IMG/VR virus record: IMGVR_UViG_3300001838_000086
Span: 1-58,154 of that record
Length of the DNA: 58,154 bases
Direction: 5' to 3' (one strand)
Origin: a virus
Lineage: Duplodnaviria > Caudoviricetes
A program made the translations under genes and the position numbers. Below the pieces are notes generated by a model. The model made no database searches. It was not told the origin of the DNA and saw only the letters and a list, made by a program, of their open reading frames with translations. Shown piece by piece: positions 11,081 through 20,536 of the stretch (position 1 is its first letter; every line of letters begins with the position of its first letter).

Positions 11081-11355
11081 AAGTCAACCATTAAACCTTT
11101 GAGTACTTGCTCAACTACTGAGTTCTTGAGATTTCTGAGAACGCTTATATCGTTAACCTTAAATGGTGCACTTCTGAGTGTTTTCAAAAATATCATTGTT
11201 CTATATTGTGGGATTTTTACTTTGATGTTATTCATATCTGTCATGTCTACACATGAGGTCATGATGGATTCTATCTCACCAAAAGTTAAATCACTTTCAT
11301 ATTCAACAACTTCTCTTTTACCTTCCCAATCTATTTCAAAAGATTTCAGAACCAT
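10966..11355 (-). CDS. tail assembly chaperone (gpG-like)
   Basis: Between tail tube and tape measure genes; overlapped by an open -1 frame. Confidence 0.75.
   Translation of the reverse strand: MVLKSFEIDWEGKREVVEYESDLTFGEIESIMTSCVDMTDMNNIKVKIPQYRTMIFLKTLRSAPFKVNDISVLRNLKNSVVEQVLKGLMVDFPLSQFLEAWVTTIVGEDRDLMSSITSSQPSLAGTKNK
11074..11080 (-). other. -1 programmed ribosomal frameshift slippery heptamer C CCU UUA
   Basis: X XXY YYZ pattern in the correct phase; the -1 frame has a TGA just upstream and is open downstream. Confidence 0.7.
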
Positions 11356-11387
11356 GTAATAATACTATTACAGGGATTTAATAAACC

Positions 11388-12443
11388 TTACGTAGTATCT
11401 ACAGTAACTTTGGCTGTCTTTGCTTTATAGTTAAGTTCTTGATATACTGGTTCTACTGGTTCGATTCCTGTGATAGCAAAATCAGTGAAACTAACACCAG
11501 CTAATTCTATTTTTATTGATTTACTTCCATTAGTAAATGTTAATTCTAGTTCAGCAGTTCCTTCTGCTTTAGTAGATATGTTAGGCTCTCTAACTGAATT
11601 AGCACCCTTTCCTATTTGGGCTAACATTCTTTCATAGAGTTTCCAATCACTCCAAGCCACTTTAAATCTACCAGTAATATCGAGCATTCTTCTATATGAT
11701 GATGTTGCTTGGTTTGATGCTAATCCATATAATAATTCATTGTTAACTGTAAATGTTAAATCAGTGTCTTGAACTAATGTTATCTCAGTTGGATATGTAA
11801 AACCTACTGGAGTACCATCGGTTTGATCACCAGTTGTCAGTTTTAATTTTGCATGTGCAAATGTGTATGGATTTCCACATGTTATCGTTGGTGCTGAGAA
11901 TGATTTACTTGGTGCATTTTCAATACCAAATGCAAAGTCTGTTGATACATTAACTACATCATTAACTGCTGTAGATAATGATAAACTATTTAGCACACAT
12001 CCTTGTAGAGTTCTAACTTTATAATCAGTATGACCTGATACATATGAATCTTCACCAGTCTCAAATCCTACATCTATAGTCATACTCTCTGATATTTTTG
12101 GTGTGCTACCCTGTGTTAATCCACCATAAACACTTGGAGAACCAGCTGGTGCACCAAATATAGCCCTAAAAATATCACCTGAAGTTTCTGATCCACTTGT
12201 AACACTATCTGCTAAAACATAATTTACTGATATAGATCCACTCTGCTGTCCATATGCATATGCAGCTGTCTCAACTTGACCTAGTTTACCAAGATCTATT
12301 CTATTATTAGTTAATGATAAAGTACCAATAGATGTTTTTAATCCAAAAGCTCGGTTAATAGTTCCAGCGATTTCCCCAAAATTAGAGGTTTCCCAACCAT
12401 ACAGAATATAACCATGTGCACCAGTTCTGATGACTCTTGCCAT
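11388..12443 (-). CDS. major tail tube protein
   Basis: 351 aa; GWET near N-terminus, beta-rich, DITGRF; position after neck genes; own TATA upstream. Confidence 0.75.
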   Translation of the reverse strand: MARVIRTGAHGYILYGWETSNFGEIAGTINRAFGLKTSIGTLSLTNNRIDLGKLGQVETAAYAYGQQSGSISVNYVLADSVTSGSETSGDIFRAIFGAPAGSPSVYGGLTQGSTPKISESMTIDVGFETGEDSYVSGHTDYKVRTLQGCVLNSLSLSTAVNDVVNVSTDFAFGIENAPSKSFSAPTITCGNPYTFAHAKLKLTTGDQTDGTPVGFTYPTEITLVQDTDLTFTVNNELLYGLASNQATSSYRRMLDITGRFKVAWSDWKLYERMLAQIGKGANSVREPNISTKAEGTAELELTFTNGSKSIKIELAGVSFTDFAITGIEPVEPVYQELNYKAKTAKVTVDTT

Positions 12444-12474
12444 GTCTCTATTCGACTATCTTAGTATATAAATT

Positions 12475-12888
12475 TTAAGGATTAATAACCCTAAAGTCTA
12501 TAGTAATAATATGATTGAACATATTCCTCATTCTCTCGTTTCTAGATACAGAGTTTAACACCCTCAAATCTACGTATTCATCATAACCTCTTATATTCTC
12601 TTTTATTATTCTCATCAATTCTTTAATTATATCTGAATGTCTTTGAATATCCTGATACGTTCTTATGTCTAAATCTATAGTTATTTCATGTAAATGATCA
12701 CTACCATATAATCCATAATATGTTATACTTTCCTCTCTAGGAGTGATTATTATCTGATCTCGTCTATCATCTATAAGACCCGTTGTTCTTTTTCTCCAAA
12801 CAGCACTAACTTCTGGGGCTGGTGGTGCTGTCCAATTATCGTCTATAAGACTCTTAATCTTATCCAACATATCATAAGTTATTGTCAT
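12475..12888 (-). CDS. tail terminator/completion protein
   Basis: 137 aa, ITIDLDIRT strand pattern; directly upstream of tail tube. Confidence 0.55.
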   Translation of the reverse strand: MTITYDMLDKIKSLIDDNWTAPPAPEVSAVWRKRTTGLIDDRRDQIIITPREESITYYGLYGSDHLHEITIDLDIRTYQDIQRHSDIIKELMRIIKENIRGYDEYVDLRVLNSVSRNERMRNMFNHIITIDFRVINP

Positions 12889-13565
12889 TATGTTACACCT
12901 GATGAATACTGGTAATCTCCGCCATATTTAAAATTAACCCATGTATCGCCTTTACCATAACTACCTTCTGGGGGTCTCATATTCTTTGTTACCTCATTCC
13001 ATTCACCATCAGTCATATTTGATGGTCTTCTTCCTACATACCATATTTTACGAGATATTTTATATGCTATTTGATCAACTACCTTTTCTTCTAATTTGGT
13101 AACATCTGGGAAGCTTGTGCGACTCTCATAGTCATCACCGTAAACTTCTCGCATATATTCTTCTTGGGACATATTAGAAATTTTAACATCTCTAACCCAT
13201 ACTTTTATGGCTTCTATATTAGGTCTACATGAGGCTGGATATATTGCGTTTGAATAATATTCTGGTAATTCCTCATACTCGGTTTTAACTGACATTGGTT
13301 CTATATTATCTTTTAATAGATGATCTGGTGGTTCATCATAGATCTGTTCTTGTAGTCTCTGTCTTAATGCGTTTACTATTTGTTTACTATCATCCATGTC
13401 TTGTGGTAAAATAAATGGTCTATCAGATTTCATAGCAACCTTTAATTTGTACTGACCATTCTCTTCTACTATGTTAGTATTGATCGCCTGTCTATTAGTT
13501 TCTTTTTGTATTTCTAAACTATTCATAAAAGTCCAGAATTGCTCAATACTGAGTTTCTTAGGCAT
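12888..13565 (-). CDS. putative neck/tail completion protein
   Basis: Position; RPNIEAIKVWV...IAYKISRKI resembles phage neck proteins. Confidence 0.45.
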   Translation of the reverse strand: MPKKLSIEQFWTFMNSLEIQKETNRQAINTNIVEENGQYKLKVAMKSDRPFILPQDMDDSKQIVNALRQRLQEQIYDEPPDHLLKDNIEPMSVKTEYEELPEYYSNAIYPASCRPNIEAIKVWVRDVKISNMSQEEYMREVYGDDYESRTSFPDVTKLEEKVVDQIAYKISRKIWYVGRRPSNMTDGEWNEVTKNMRPPEGSYGKGDTWVNFKYGGDYQYSSGVT

Positions 13566-13567
13566 GA

Positions 13568-14206
13568 CTACGGTATGACAAATACTTCTCGTCTGTTTTC
13601 AATACAAGTTTCTATGTCTTCCTTCCAATCTCTTTTTACAGCATTCAGATCTACCATACCACCTGTAGGTACTTCATCCATTCTAAACATTGTATTCATT
13701 AGTTCTAAACATACCATTTTAATTATAGCATCTTTTACATCTGGTGGTATAATACCATCACCAGCTTCACTATCACCACCATATCTATATGTAATTCTTA
13801 ATCTAAATTCTCTAAGTGTTGAGAATAAGTAACCTCTGAAAAACAATTTACCCATCTCAGATTGTATACTATATGTAGAACTACCCTGTGCAGTAATATC
13901 TTCATAGTTACCACCCATACCAGACCACATCTCTACTTTATCACCTTCGGCTGAGTTTATAGGTAAAACCATTCTGTGTTTTAAATTAATAGGAGTACCC
14001 CAACCATAAACATAATTCAATGGTAAATCATAAACTTCATTTTTAGATTGTTTAATACCCCATGTATGACCTACTCTTCTTTCAAATTCTGCTTCTTTTC
14101 TTATGATTATTTTTTCTATCTGAGTTTTATTTGGGCTTGTTGTAGCAGTAATAGGAACTCTTAGATAATCACTAATATCCTCTATTGTGCAGTAAGTCGT
14201 TGTCAT
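13568..14206 (-). CDS. head-tail adaptor/connector protein
   Basis: YCTIEDISDYL N-terminus and ITYRYG...IPPDVKDAI motif. Confidence 0.75.
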   Translation of the reverse strand: MTTTYCTIEDISDYLRVPITATTSPNKTQIEKIIIRKEAEFERRVGHTWGIKQSKNEVYDLPLNYVYGWGTPINLKHRMVLPINSAEGDKVEMWSGMGGNYEDITAQGSSTYSIQSEMGKLFFRGYLFSTLREFRLRITYRYGGDSEAGDGIIPPDVKDAIIKMVCLELMNTMFRMDEVPTGGMVDLNAVKRDWKEDIETCIENRREVFVIP

Positions 14207-14240
14207 TAGTCTTATAAAGATTACGAAGTATTTAAATTTG

Positions 14241-14513
14241 CTATTTGTAAACTACGAGTGCTCTAACTGTTGCACTAGCACATGATACATAAATACCATT
14301 CTCAAACCTTCTATTCAGTTGAATATAACTTATAGGATGCTCTGAATGTATTGTAAATTCTATTGGTGCAGTTCCAGTAGTACCGTTTCTAAATACTAGT
14401 GTTGAATTATTATCATGAATCATTACATGAACTGCAACTACTACACCGTGATTGCCTTTTACTAAAGTATTAGCACCGTCTATATTCTTAATATTATGGT
14501 TATCTTCGACCAT
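14241..14513 (-). CDS. small virion protein
   Basis: 90 aa beta-rich, FENGIYV motif; own TATA upstream. Confidence 0.5.
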   Translation of the reverse strand: MVEDNHNIKNIDGANTLVKGNHGVVVAVHVMIHDNNSTLVFRNGTTGTAPIEFTIHSEHPISYIQLNRRFENGIYVSCASATVRALVVYK

Positions 14514-14575
14514 GAGTAATGTGTTAAATTGAAATATATAAACTTTAAGATAAAAAAGAAGGCTTTTTACGGACT

Positions 14576-14932
14576 CTAGTAGCCGAAAACTAGAAATTCA
14601 AATGTGGCATTCGCAATAGATGTCGTGTTTGCCATTTCCTCGAATCCACCAGCGGTTGTATTCAATGCTTCATACAACTTGATTTTCTCACTACTTTTGT
14701 CATATTTGACAATATAGTTAAGGCTTGAGGTTTCGGGAATCACTGCTACTAGGGTTGAAATTCTACCTTGCTTCAAATCGGCACTAACACCATTTGTTGC
14801 ATAAGTATCGCTTCCCCCAGCAGTGCATTTGATCTTGTAACATCTTAGTTTAGATGTTAAAGCAGACTGTAGTGACAATGTTTTGCCAACATTAGCTGCT
14901 GTCCAATCACTTACTGATGTGGTGATAGCCAT
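14576..14932 (-). CDS. putative capsid decoration/head protein
   Basis: 118 aa; DTYATNG...KIKLY...FLVFGY pattern; close to MCP. Confidence 0.55.
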   Translation of the reverse strand: MAITTSVSDWTAANVGKTLSLQSALTSKLRCYKIKCTAGGSDTYATNGVSADLKQGRISTLVAVIPETSSLNYIVKYDKSSEKIKLYEALNTTAGGFEEMANTTSIANATFEFLVFGY

Positions 14933-14993
14933 AGTAAACTTAATTAATGAGGGATATATAAAGTTGTGGATGGACTTTAAACTTAAAGTAGAT

Positions 14994-15113
14994 ATGAAAT
15001 TATGTCCAAAGTGTTATTTACCAGCATATGCAGCGGTTACAACCGAAAGCCCACGAGTTCATTATTACTGTCAAAATATGTTCTGTAGTATGTTAGGTAA
15101 AAGTATAGAATAA
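14994..15113 (+). CDS. Zn-ribbon microprotein convergent with amoC
   Basis: MKLCPKC...YYCQNMFC; start codon uncertain. Confidence 0.4.
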   Translation: MKLCPKCYLPAYAAVTTESPRVHYYCQNMFCSMLGKSIE

Positions 15114-15121
15114 AAAAGAGT

Positions 15122-15685
15122 TTATGGGATTGCTCTAGAATAGAGTTTACCTTCTAATGCCATCTTATACATTTCTGCAACGTATGGGTTTTCACTTGGA
15201 GTTTCTGCACCAAGTTCAACCAGTCTAGCATACACTCTGACTACATAAGCCAAAGCACCCATGAAGGCAACTACAACTCCCATATTGAACATCCAATGGT
15301 TAGGCACTGCAAATATCTCTTCTACAAACCAAAAGTGCCACATTTCGTTAACACCAATGGTAAACATGGTTGCAAGATAACCTAGTATAGTCATCTTTAA
15401 TCCAGTGTTCATAGAGTTTCCTACACCTCTCAATATTGGTACTTTACGATCATAAATCGCAACACTACCCCAACCTAGAGGTAATGCTATGAAATGACTG
15501 TATAACCACCAATGAGCTGGTGTAAACGCAGAGTCCCTAATAGATGTTTGATGAAGTGAACCATCAACAAAGTTATCAACCTCTACAGAAGCAGCGGTTG
15601 ATCCCATCGCAATTACAATCAACCAAATTTTCTTCAGTCGTTGTATTTCCACTTCTTTTGGAATTAAGGCTGGAATCTGTGCCAT
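15122..15685 (-). CDS. amoC: ammonia monooxygenase subunit C (archaeal), auxiliary metabolic gene
   Basis: 187 aa MAQIPALIPKEVEIQRLKKIWL...EGKLYSRAIP, closely matching archaeal AmoC; D-x3-H-x12-H metal motif intact. Start taken as ATG 15685 rather than track start 15775. Confidence 0.97.
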   Translation of the reverse strand: MAQIPALIPKEVEIQRLKKIWLIVIAMGSTAASVEVDNFVDGSLHQTSIRDSAFTPAHWWLYSHFIALPLGWGSVAIYDRKVPILRGVGNSMNTGLKMTILGYLATMFTIGVNEMWHFWFVEEIFAVPNHWMFNMGVVVAFMGALAYVVRVYARLVELGAETPSENPYVAEMYKMALEGKLYSRAIP

Positions 15686-15737
15686 ATATACCATTAGTAT
15701 ATTAATTATATAAGTTTTAATTGTGACTAATGAGTAT

Positions 15738-16070
15738 TTAAGGATGTGGTGATGTTGAACATATTGGTTGAACATTCAGTCTTCGTTTTTTCTGATAGTA
15801 TTCTCTTTGATATTGTTTTATCTTATCCTTGTTTTCCTGATAGCGTTTTCTTTGAGATTCGTTTATTCTGTCCTTGTTTTCACGATTGTATTTTCTTTGA
15901 TACCTTCTTTGATATTCTTGTAACTTTTCTCTCATTTTATGATTGTTATAATATCTAAATAGGTGTCCACAGTTAGAACTACAAAACTTTTTTTTCTTAT
16001 AGTCGTTACATACATCACTTATTTCACTTTTACAATATAAACATCTTTTGATTGTTCTTTTCGATGACAT
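15738..16070 (-). CDS. Zn-finger / basic helical-repeat protein (resembles HNH N-terminus, no nuclease domain)
   Basis: CLYC...KKFCSSNC followed by YQR(E/K)Y repeats; ATG 16070 downstream of a TTATATA box. Confidence 0.6.
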   Translation of the reverse strand: MSSKRTIKRCLYCKSEISDVCNDYKKKKFCSSNCGHLFRYYNNHKMREKLQEYQRRYQRKYNRENKDRINESQRKRYQENKDKIKQYQREYYQKKRRLNVQPICSTSPHP

Positions 16071-16131
16071 GACTATATTTGGCAACAGCCATATATAAGT
16101 GTTTAAAAAAAGGAAAATAAGGGAATGTAAT

Positions 16132-17352
16132 TTAGAGTTTAATGTCTCTAATCTTACCTTGTGATCTGAAGTGACGACAGACTGTTTCTCCCATAGTTCT
16201 AAACAATCCTTTCTCAACAAATGCATTGTTGACGAATGGATATGCTGGAGTACGTCTTGTTGCTTCGTAATACTCGGTTGGGATTGCGACTTGAATTCCT
16301 ATTCTTGGGTATCCATAACCTTCTGCATCGCTTGTGTCGAGTGCAAATAGTCTACCAATTTCTGATGAATCAGAAGCATTGGATGGTGCATCCTTTGTTG
16401 GGATGAACGGAATACCATAGATAGAGTCAACATGAATTCCAACTCCAGTACCCTTAAAGGTCTGGATACCGTTTACATCTACTTGTACAAGTGCTTCACC
16501 GTAAGGATTTGCAATTCTTACAGAAGGCATATACAAGCCCTGAATTTCAGAGTATACTTCGTGTGAACCAAGGAATACGTTTGGATCTTTACCAGATGCT
16601 TTTCTGATCTTTCGTAGGAAAGTTCTCAGTGTATCATCAGTTAGAACTCCGTTTGTACCGATTGTTCCTGAAGCAGATTCTACGGTTGAGTCGAAGTCTG
16701 TACCTACATCCCTGTCAATTTTGTTCCAAGGATCATACCAGTTATTATATGAGCCGCCTAAGACGTCTTCTTCTGCATCTGCTGAAATAATTCTGTCCAA
16801 TGACTCAAAGTCAAGTGATCCAGAATAATCTGCTGCTGCGGAAGCTGCTTGTGATTCAACGTCAGCTAATAGCATTTTGTTCAGATTCTCTTTGTGCTGT
16901 ACAGCCATGAATAGTCTAAGTGAACCTAGACCACCCCAAATATCGTCTTTGCTGTGAGTTGCCATCCACTCCATAACTTCTGATGCAGAGAAAGCCAGTT
17001 GTGCTGTCTTTGGTCTAACATCTAGTTCTTGTAGTGTTGGTTTTACAGTTGCCGCGATAAGTCCACCTTCAGTTGTACCGCCCAATCCAGTATTATTGGA
17101 TGAGCCAGCATCAGCTAAGGCTGGGGCTCTTGCTGTAATTACACGCCAACCTGATTTATCCCAAGGATACTTTGGCAGAATGCCGAAAGCGTTTGCCTCA
17201 AGATTCAACTGAGCCCATGCATAAGCACCGAAAATGGCGTTAAAAGTGCCACTGGTTGCTGTAGTGATTGGTGCATCAGCTTTTCTAATCAGGTTTCGAT
17301 TGAATCCATAATAAAGTGCTTCTAGCTCGTCAATGGTTCTAATTTGCACCAT
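16132..17352 (-). CDS. major capsid protein (HK97 fold)
   Basis: 406 aa from ATG 17352; follows protease and scaffold; ends GKIRDIKL; YGIPFIPTKD motif. Confidence 0.88.
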   Translation of the reverse strand: MVQIRTIDELEALYYGFNRNLIRKADAPITTATSGTFNAIFGAYAWAQLNLEANAFGILPKYPWDKSGWRVITARAPALADAGSSNNTGLGGTTEGGLIAATVKPTLQELDVRPKTAQLAFSASEVMEWMATHSKDDIWGGLGSLRLFMAVQHKENLNKMLLADVESQAASAAADYSGSLDFESLDRIISADAEEDVLGGSYNNWYDPWNKIDRDVGTDFDSTVESASGTIGTNGVLTDDTLRTFLRKIRKASGKDPNVFLGSHEVYSEIQGLYMPSVRIANPYGEALVQVDVNGIQTFKGTGVGIHVDSIYGIPFIPTKDAPSNASDSSEIGRLFALDTSDAEGYGYPRIGIQVAIPTEYYEATRRTPAYPFVNNAFVEKGLFRTMGETVCRHFRSQGKIRDIKL

Positions 17353-17354
17353 TT

Positions 17355-17924
17355 TTACCAAGCCTCACTCTCTGGTGTGTAGTACTTGTTCGTATAGAGA
17401 ATATTTCTTGCAACTAGGCTCAAGTCACCAGTCTCTCTTGCATCTTTCAAAACTAGATTGTAGTCTTGTGAAAATGACTTGTTGATTGTCTCAACAGGAG
17501 CTGTTGGTCTTGGAGTCTGTGTTGAAGTTTCAGCCTTTACTTGCATTGAAAGACCATTCTTATCTTTGCCATGTTCTGCACCATCAGCATCGAGTGCCGC
17601 TTGGACAGAGTTAGCATTGTATTCGTCTGGTGTTTTCACATCTGCACCTACATCTTCTCCACTTGTTCCTGATGGCTTCAGTGGGAAATCTGTTGGTTTC
17701 TCTAGAGCCTTCAATCGTTCCTCAACACTTTTAAGTGTCTCGGTAACTCCTTTTTGAGATTCTGCTAGTGATTGAATTACTTCAGTCACAGCCTCAAAGT
17801 TGGATTTGATTGCTTCTCTAAAAGATTTTTTGGCTTCTTTCTCTTCCGATTTGTCTTCGTCTTCTTCGTCTTTCTCTTCCTCTTCGGAAGGAGAGACTTT
17901 TTTCTCGGATTCTTTATCTACCAT
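17355..17924 (-). CDS. capsid scaffolding protein
   Basis: Acidic, coiled-coil 189 aa between protease and MCP. Confidence 0.65.
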   Translation of the reverse strand: MVDKESEKKVSPSEEEEKDEEDEDKSEEKEAKKSFREAIKSNFEAVTEVIQSLAESQKGVTETLKSVEERLKALEKPTDFPLKPSGTSGEDVGADVKTPDEYNANSVQAALDADGAEHGKDKNGLSMQVKAETSTQTPRPTAPVETINKSFSQDYNLVLKDARETGDLSLVARNILYTNKYYTPESEAW

Positions 17925-19012
17925 GTCGTTGTTAAATCTTTAATAAGTTGGTTTATATAGATTGCGGTAGATTTATATAATTGTGCAGATTTCTTTCTTC
18001 TCTTATCTTGTTTTGCTTGAGATTCTACCTCTTTCTTGGTGACCTGTTGGGAGTCAGCTTGTTGAACTACTGGATCAGCACCTAGACCCCTATCTCCACT
18101 TTGTATAGATTGAGGATCTAATGATTTTTCTCTTTTAACAAATGCACCAACTATATTCTCCGCACTCTGTTGAGATTTACCTTCTCTTTTTAATGCCTCA
18201 ACCTTACCTCGGAAAGTACGAAGCTTTCCTAGATTTACTTTAATAACCATTTCATCACCATCTACCTCTACCATAGCTTTTTTGGTGTCTTCCTCATCTT
18301 CTTTTTCTTGTTCTTCAACTACTTTTTCATGTATTTTTTCCTCTTCTTCACTTGGTTTTTCACCTTTTAATTCGTGTTCACGTTCTATGACTTCTTTTGC
18401 TTCTTCACCATCACTTTTCATTACCAGACAGCCAAAGTTATTACATCTGATTAACATTTTACCTTCTGAATGAATCTCTGTTTTATCAGCCATAGCCTTT
18501 GCTATAGGATTAAAATCAGTTATCAATGCCAAAGGCACTGCTGGATCTTTACAAACTGCAACCTCATAATGTTCGAGATCTCTCAGTTGATATGCAATAC
18601 TACCGTCTTTCATTCTGAATGGTGTTCTATTGCTTTTTGTAGCTCCACCGAATGACAGACCTTTGTATTCTCCAGATTTTATTCTACTCCAGATTTCATT
18701 GTCTAACTCATAATTACTATGAATCTTTCCAATGATTTTTATGGCTGGATATTCTTGTCCATCAACTGCTTTGTAGATGGTTTTTTGGTAATTGATACCT
18801 TTACCAATAACTCGGTTACTATGAGTATCCGTGATTGGTGCACCCCTGTCCATCCAAATTGGCAGTACCTTGATGAGCTCGTCAACTATTGTAACCTCAC
18901 CCTGTTTATCTTTTACCTCAACGGTTAGATAACCCTCGAAGAATCTTTCATTACCTGATATAGGTTGTAAAGACTTCGTTACCAGAGTGTTGAAAAACAG
19001 CTCGTTAGCCAT
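17918..19012 (-). CDS. prohead maturation protease
   Basis: FEGYL..VKDKQGE..H..VIGK..IKSGEYKGLSFGG..EVAVCKDPA: HK97-type protease motifs. Confidence 0.88.
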   Translation of the reverse strand: MANELFFNTLVTKSLQPISGNERFFEGYLTVEVKDKQGEVTIVDELIKVLPIWMDRGAPITDTHSNRVIGKGINYQKTIYKAVDGQEYPAIKIIGKIHSNYELDNEIWSRIKSGEYKGLSFGGATKSNRTPFRMKDGSIAYQLRDLEHYEVAVCKDPAVPLALITDFNPIAKAMADKTEIHSEGKMLIRCNNFGCLVMKSDGEEAKEVIEREHELKGEKPSEEEEKIHEKVVEEQEKEDEEDTKKAMVEVDGDEMVIKVNLGKLRTFRGKVEALKREGKSQQSAENIVGAFVKREKSLDPQSIQSGDRGLGADPVVQQADSQQVTKKEVESQAKQDKRRKKSAQLYKSTAIYINQLIKDLTTTW

Positions 19013-19077
19013 GTATATAAATCTATCTAACGTGTATTTAAAGATTAGTAGTAATAAAAAAGGAAGTGTAGTTTGGA

Positions 19078-19353
19078 TTATTTATCCAAAACTGCGTGTG
19101 CCTTATCAATTCCATAACCCAATAGGGCGTTGGAAACGAATAGACCCACTAAACCAACATTATCTGTTACGCTTTGCAGACCTACAATGTTAACCATGCC
19201 GAAGGCAAAGAACACTGAAGATATGAGTGCAGATGCTAGTTTTCTTGGAGAATAACTTTCACCATTCGAGGATTTATAACCTTGAATGGTACTGGCTATT
19301 GCACCAATACTTGCTGCCGCGAGGGCAACAATCGCTAATGTTTCGCTTGACAT
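19078..19353 (-). CDS. small multi-TM membrane protein (holin-like)
   Basis: 91 aa with three hydrophobic segments. Confidence 0.5.
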   Translation of the reverse strand: MSSETLAIVALAAASIGAIASTIQGYKSSNGESYSPRKLASALISSVFFAFGMVNIVGLQSVTDNVGLVGLFVSNALLGYGIDKAHAVLDK

Positions 19354-19382
19354 TGTAATTTAACCGTATAACCCTTCCTTAT

Positions 19383-19637
19383 TTAATCTTTACTGAGCAG
19401 TTCACGCACGAGTTCATCTAATTCGGTTGCACTGTTAGGATGATCACGTTTTACTTGATTATCTATGGTTTTTGCTAAAACAATAATGGTTTTTTGTAGC
19501 ATTTCTACTTTTTTACATAGATCGTCATGAACTTTTTGCATTTTTCGTATATATGCTACACAACCAGCACCTATTGCAACCACTACAGGTGGTAGTATTC
19601 TTGCTACAAGTTCTTCGATAAAAACAGCATCTACCAT
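19383..19637 (-). CDS. single-TM coiled-coil membrane protein
   Basis: N-terminal TM segment followed by coiled coil. Confidence 0.5.
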   Translation of the reverse strand: MVDAVFIEELVARILPPVVVAIGAGCVAYIRKMQKVHDDLCKKVEMLQKTIIVLAKTIDNQVKRDHPNSATELDELVRELLSKD

Positions 19638-19674
19638 AACGTTAATATAATATCCTTACTTAAAAATTATCGCC

Positions 19675-20121
19675 TTGGCGACTTCTTTCTATATATATCA
19701 AACATTTAAAGAATATAGTAAGATTAATAAGGATTATATTTATGATCCACTTCATCATACAAAACTAATAGATATTTACATAGTTCCAAAACTTAAAGTC
19801 ATTTTAGTAACACAGACAAATGAAGATAAAGAACGAATCAATATGAATAAAACAATAGTTCATGCTAGAAACGGTACTTTACCAGAAGAATTAAAAGAAT
19901 TAACTAAATTAATACAACATAATGATACAGTATTCGATGTTAAAAAAGGTAAATTATTATTTAGACCTAGATTTCTTAGAAGTCCACTTTATGAAACTAA
20001 AGTAGACAGATTCTACGGTGATCTGAAGAAAGGAAAGTATAAAATAAACTATAATCATAGATTTTATGATTTTATTAGAGATAGAGTTAATCTCGTGCTC
20101 TCTGAGCCCAACCCTGCTTGA
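19675..20121 (+). CDS. hypothetical protein
   Basis: 148 aa ORF opposite to flanking genes; TTAATATA box upstream. Confidence 0.6.
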   Translation: MATSFYIYQTFKEYSKINKDYIYDPLHHTKLIDIYIVPKLKVILVTQTNEDKERINMNKTIVHARNGTLPEELKELTKLIQHNDTVFDVKKGKLLFRPRFLRSPLYETKVDRFYGDLKKGKYKINYNHRFYDFIRDRVNLVLSEPNPA

Positions 20122-20536
20122 ATTTTTCCTGAAAGTCTTTACCATATTTCTTTCTTAAATGCTTCCAGAATGGATCATTACCCATCATACCACCACTAGT
20201 GTTGTATTTTTTAGTTACATCTGCGATTTTTCTATGACATGACATACAAAATCTAGCATTTATTTCTTCAAGTGCGAATTTATGTAGACCACAAAACAGA
20301 CAAAGACCATAATGTTTGTAAGAAACCGTGGTTAACAATGCCTCTCTACCTCTTTTACCAGCACAGTCACCACATATAGTAGCGATTGTAGCCGCGGCAA
20401 CATCTTTTTTCAAACAATTCAGACAAACTGCTTCTTTATAGTGATTAACTCTTGTAAATTCGTTCTTTTGATGACGATCCCATAGTTTTTTTCCTATATC
20501 GTCACCACCAGTATTAACATTTAACTTGGTTGCCAT
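20087..20536 (-). CDS. Cys-rich Zn-finger protein
   Basis: Four CxxC pairs; start overlaps portal stop. Confidence 0.7.
   Translation of the reverse strand: MATKLNVNTGGDDIGKKLWDRHQKNEFTRVNHYKEAVCLNCLKKDVAAATIATICGDCAGKRGREALLTTVSYKHYGLCLFCGLHKFALEEINARFCMSCHRKIADVTKKYNTSGGMMGNDPFWKHLRKKYGKDFQEKFKQGWAQRARD

Noticed and set aside
15686-15775. N-terminal extension of AmoC given by the ORF track
   Set aside because: Similarity to AmoC begins at MAQIP (15685) and the extension spans the TATA box.
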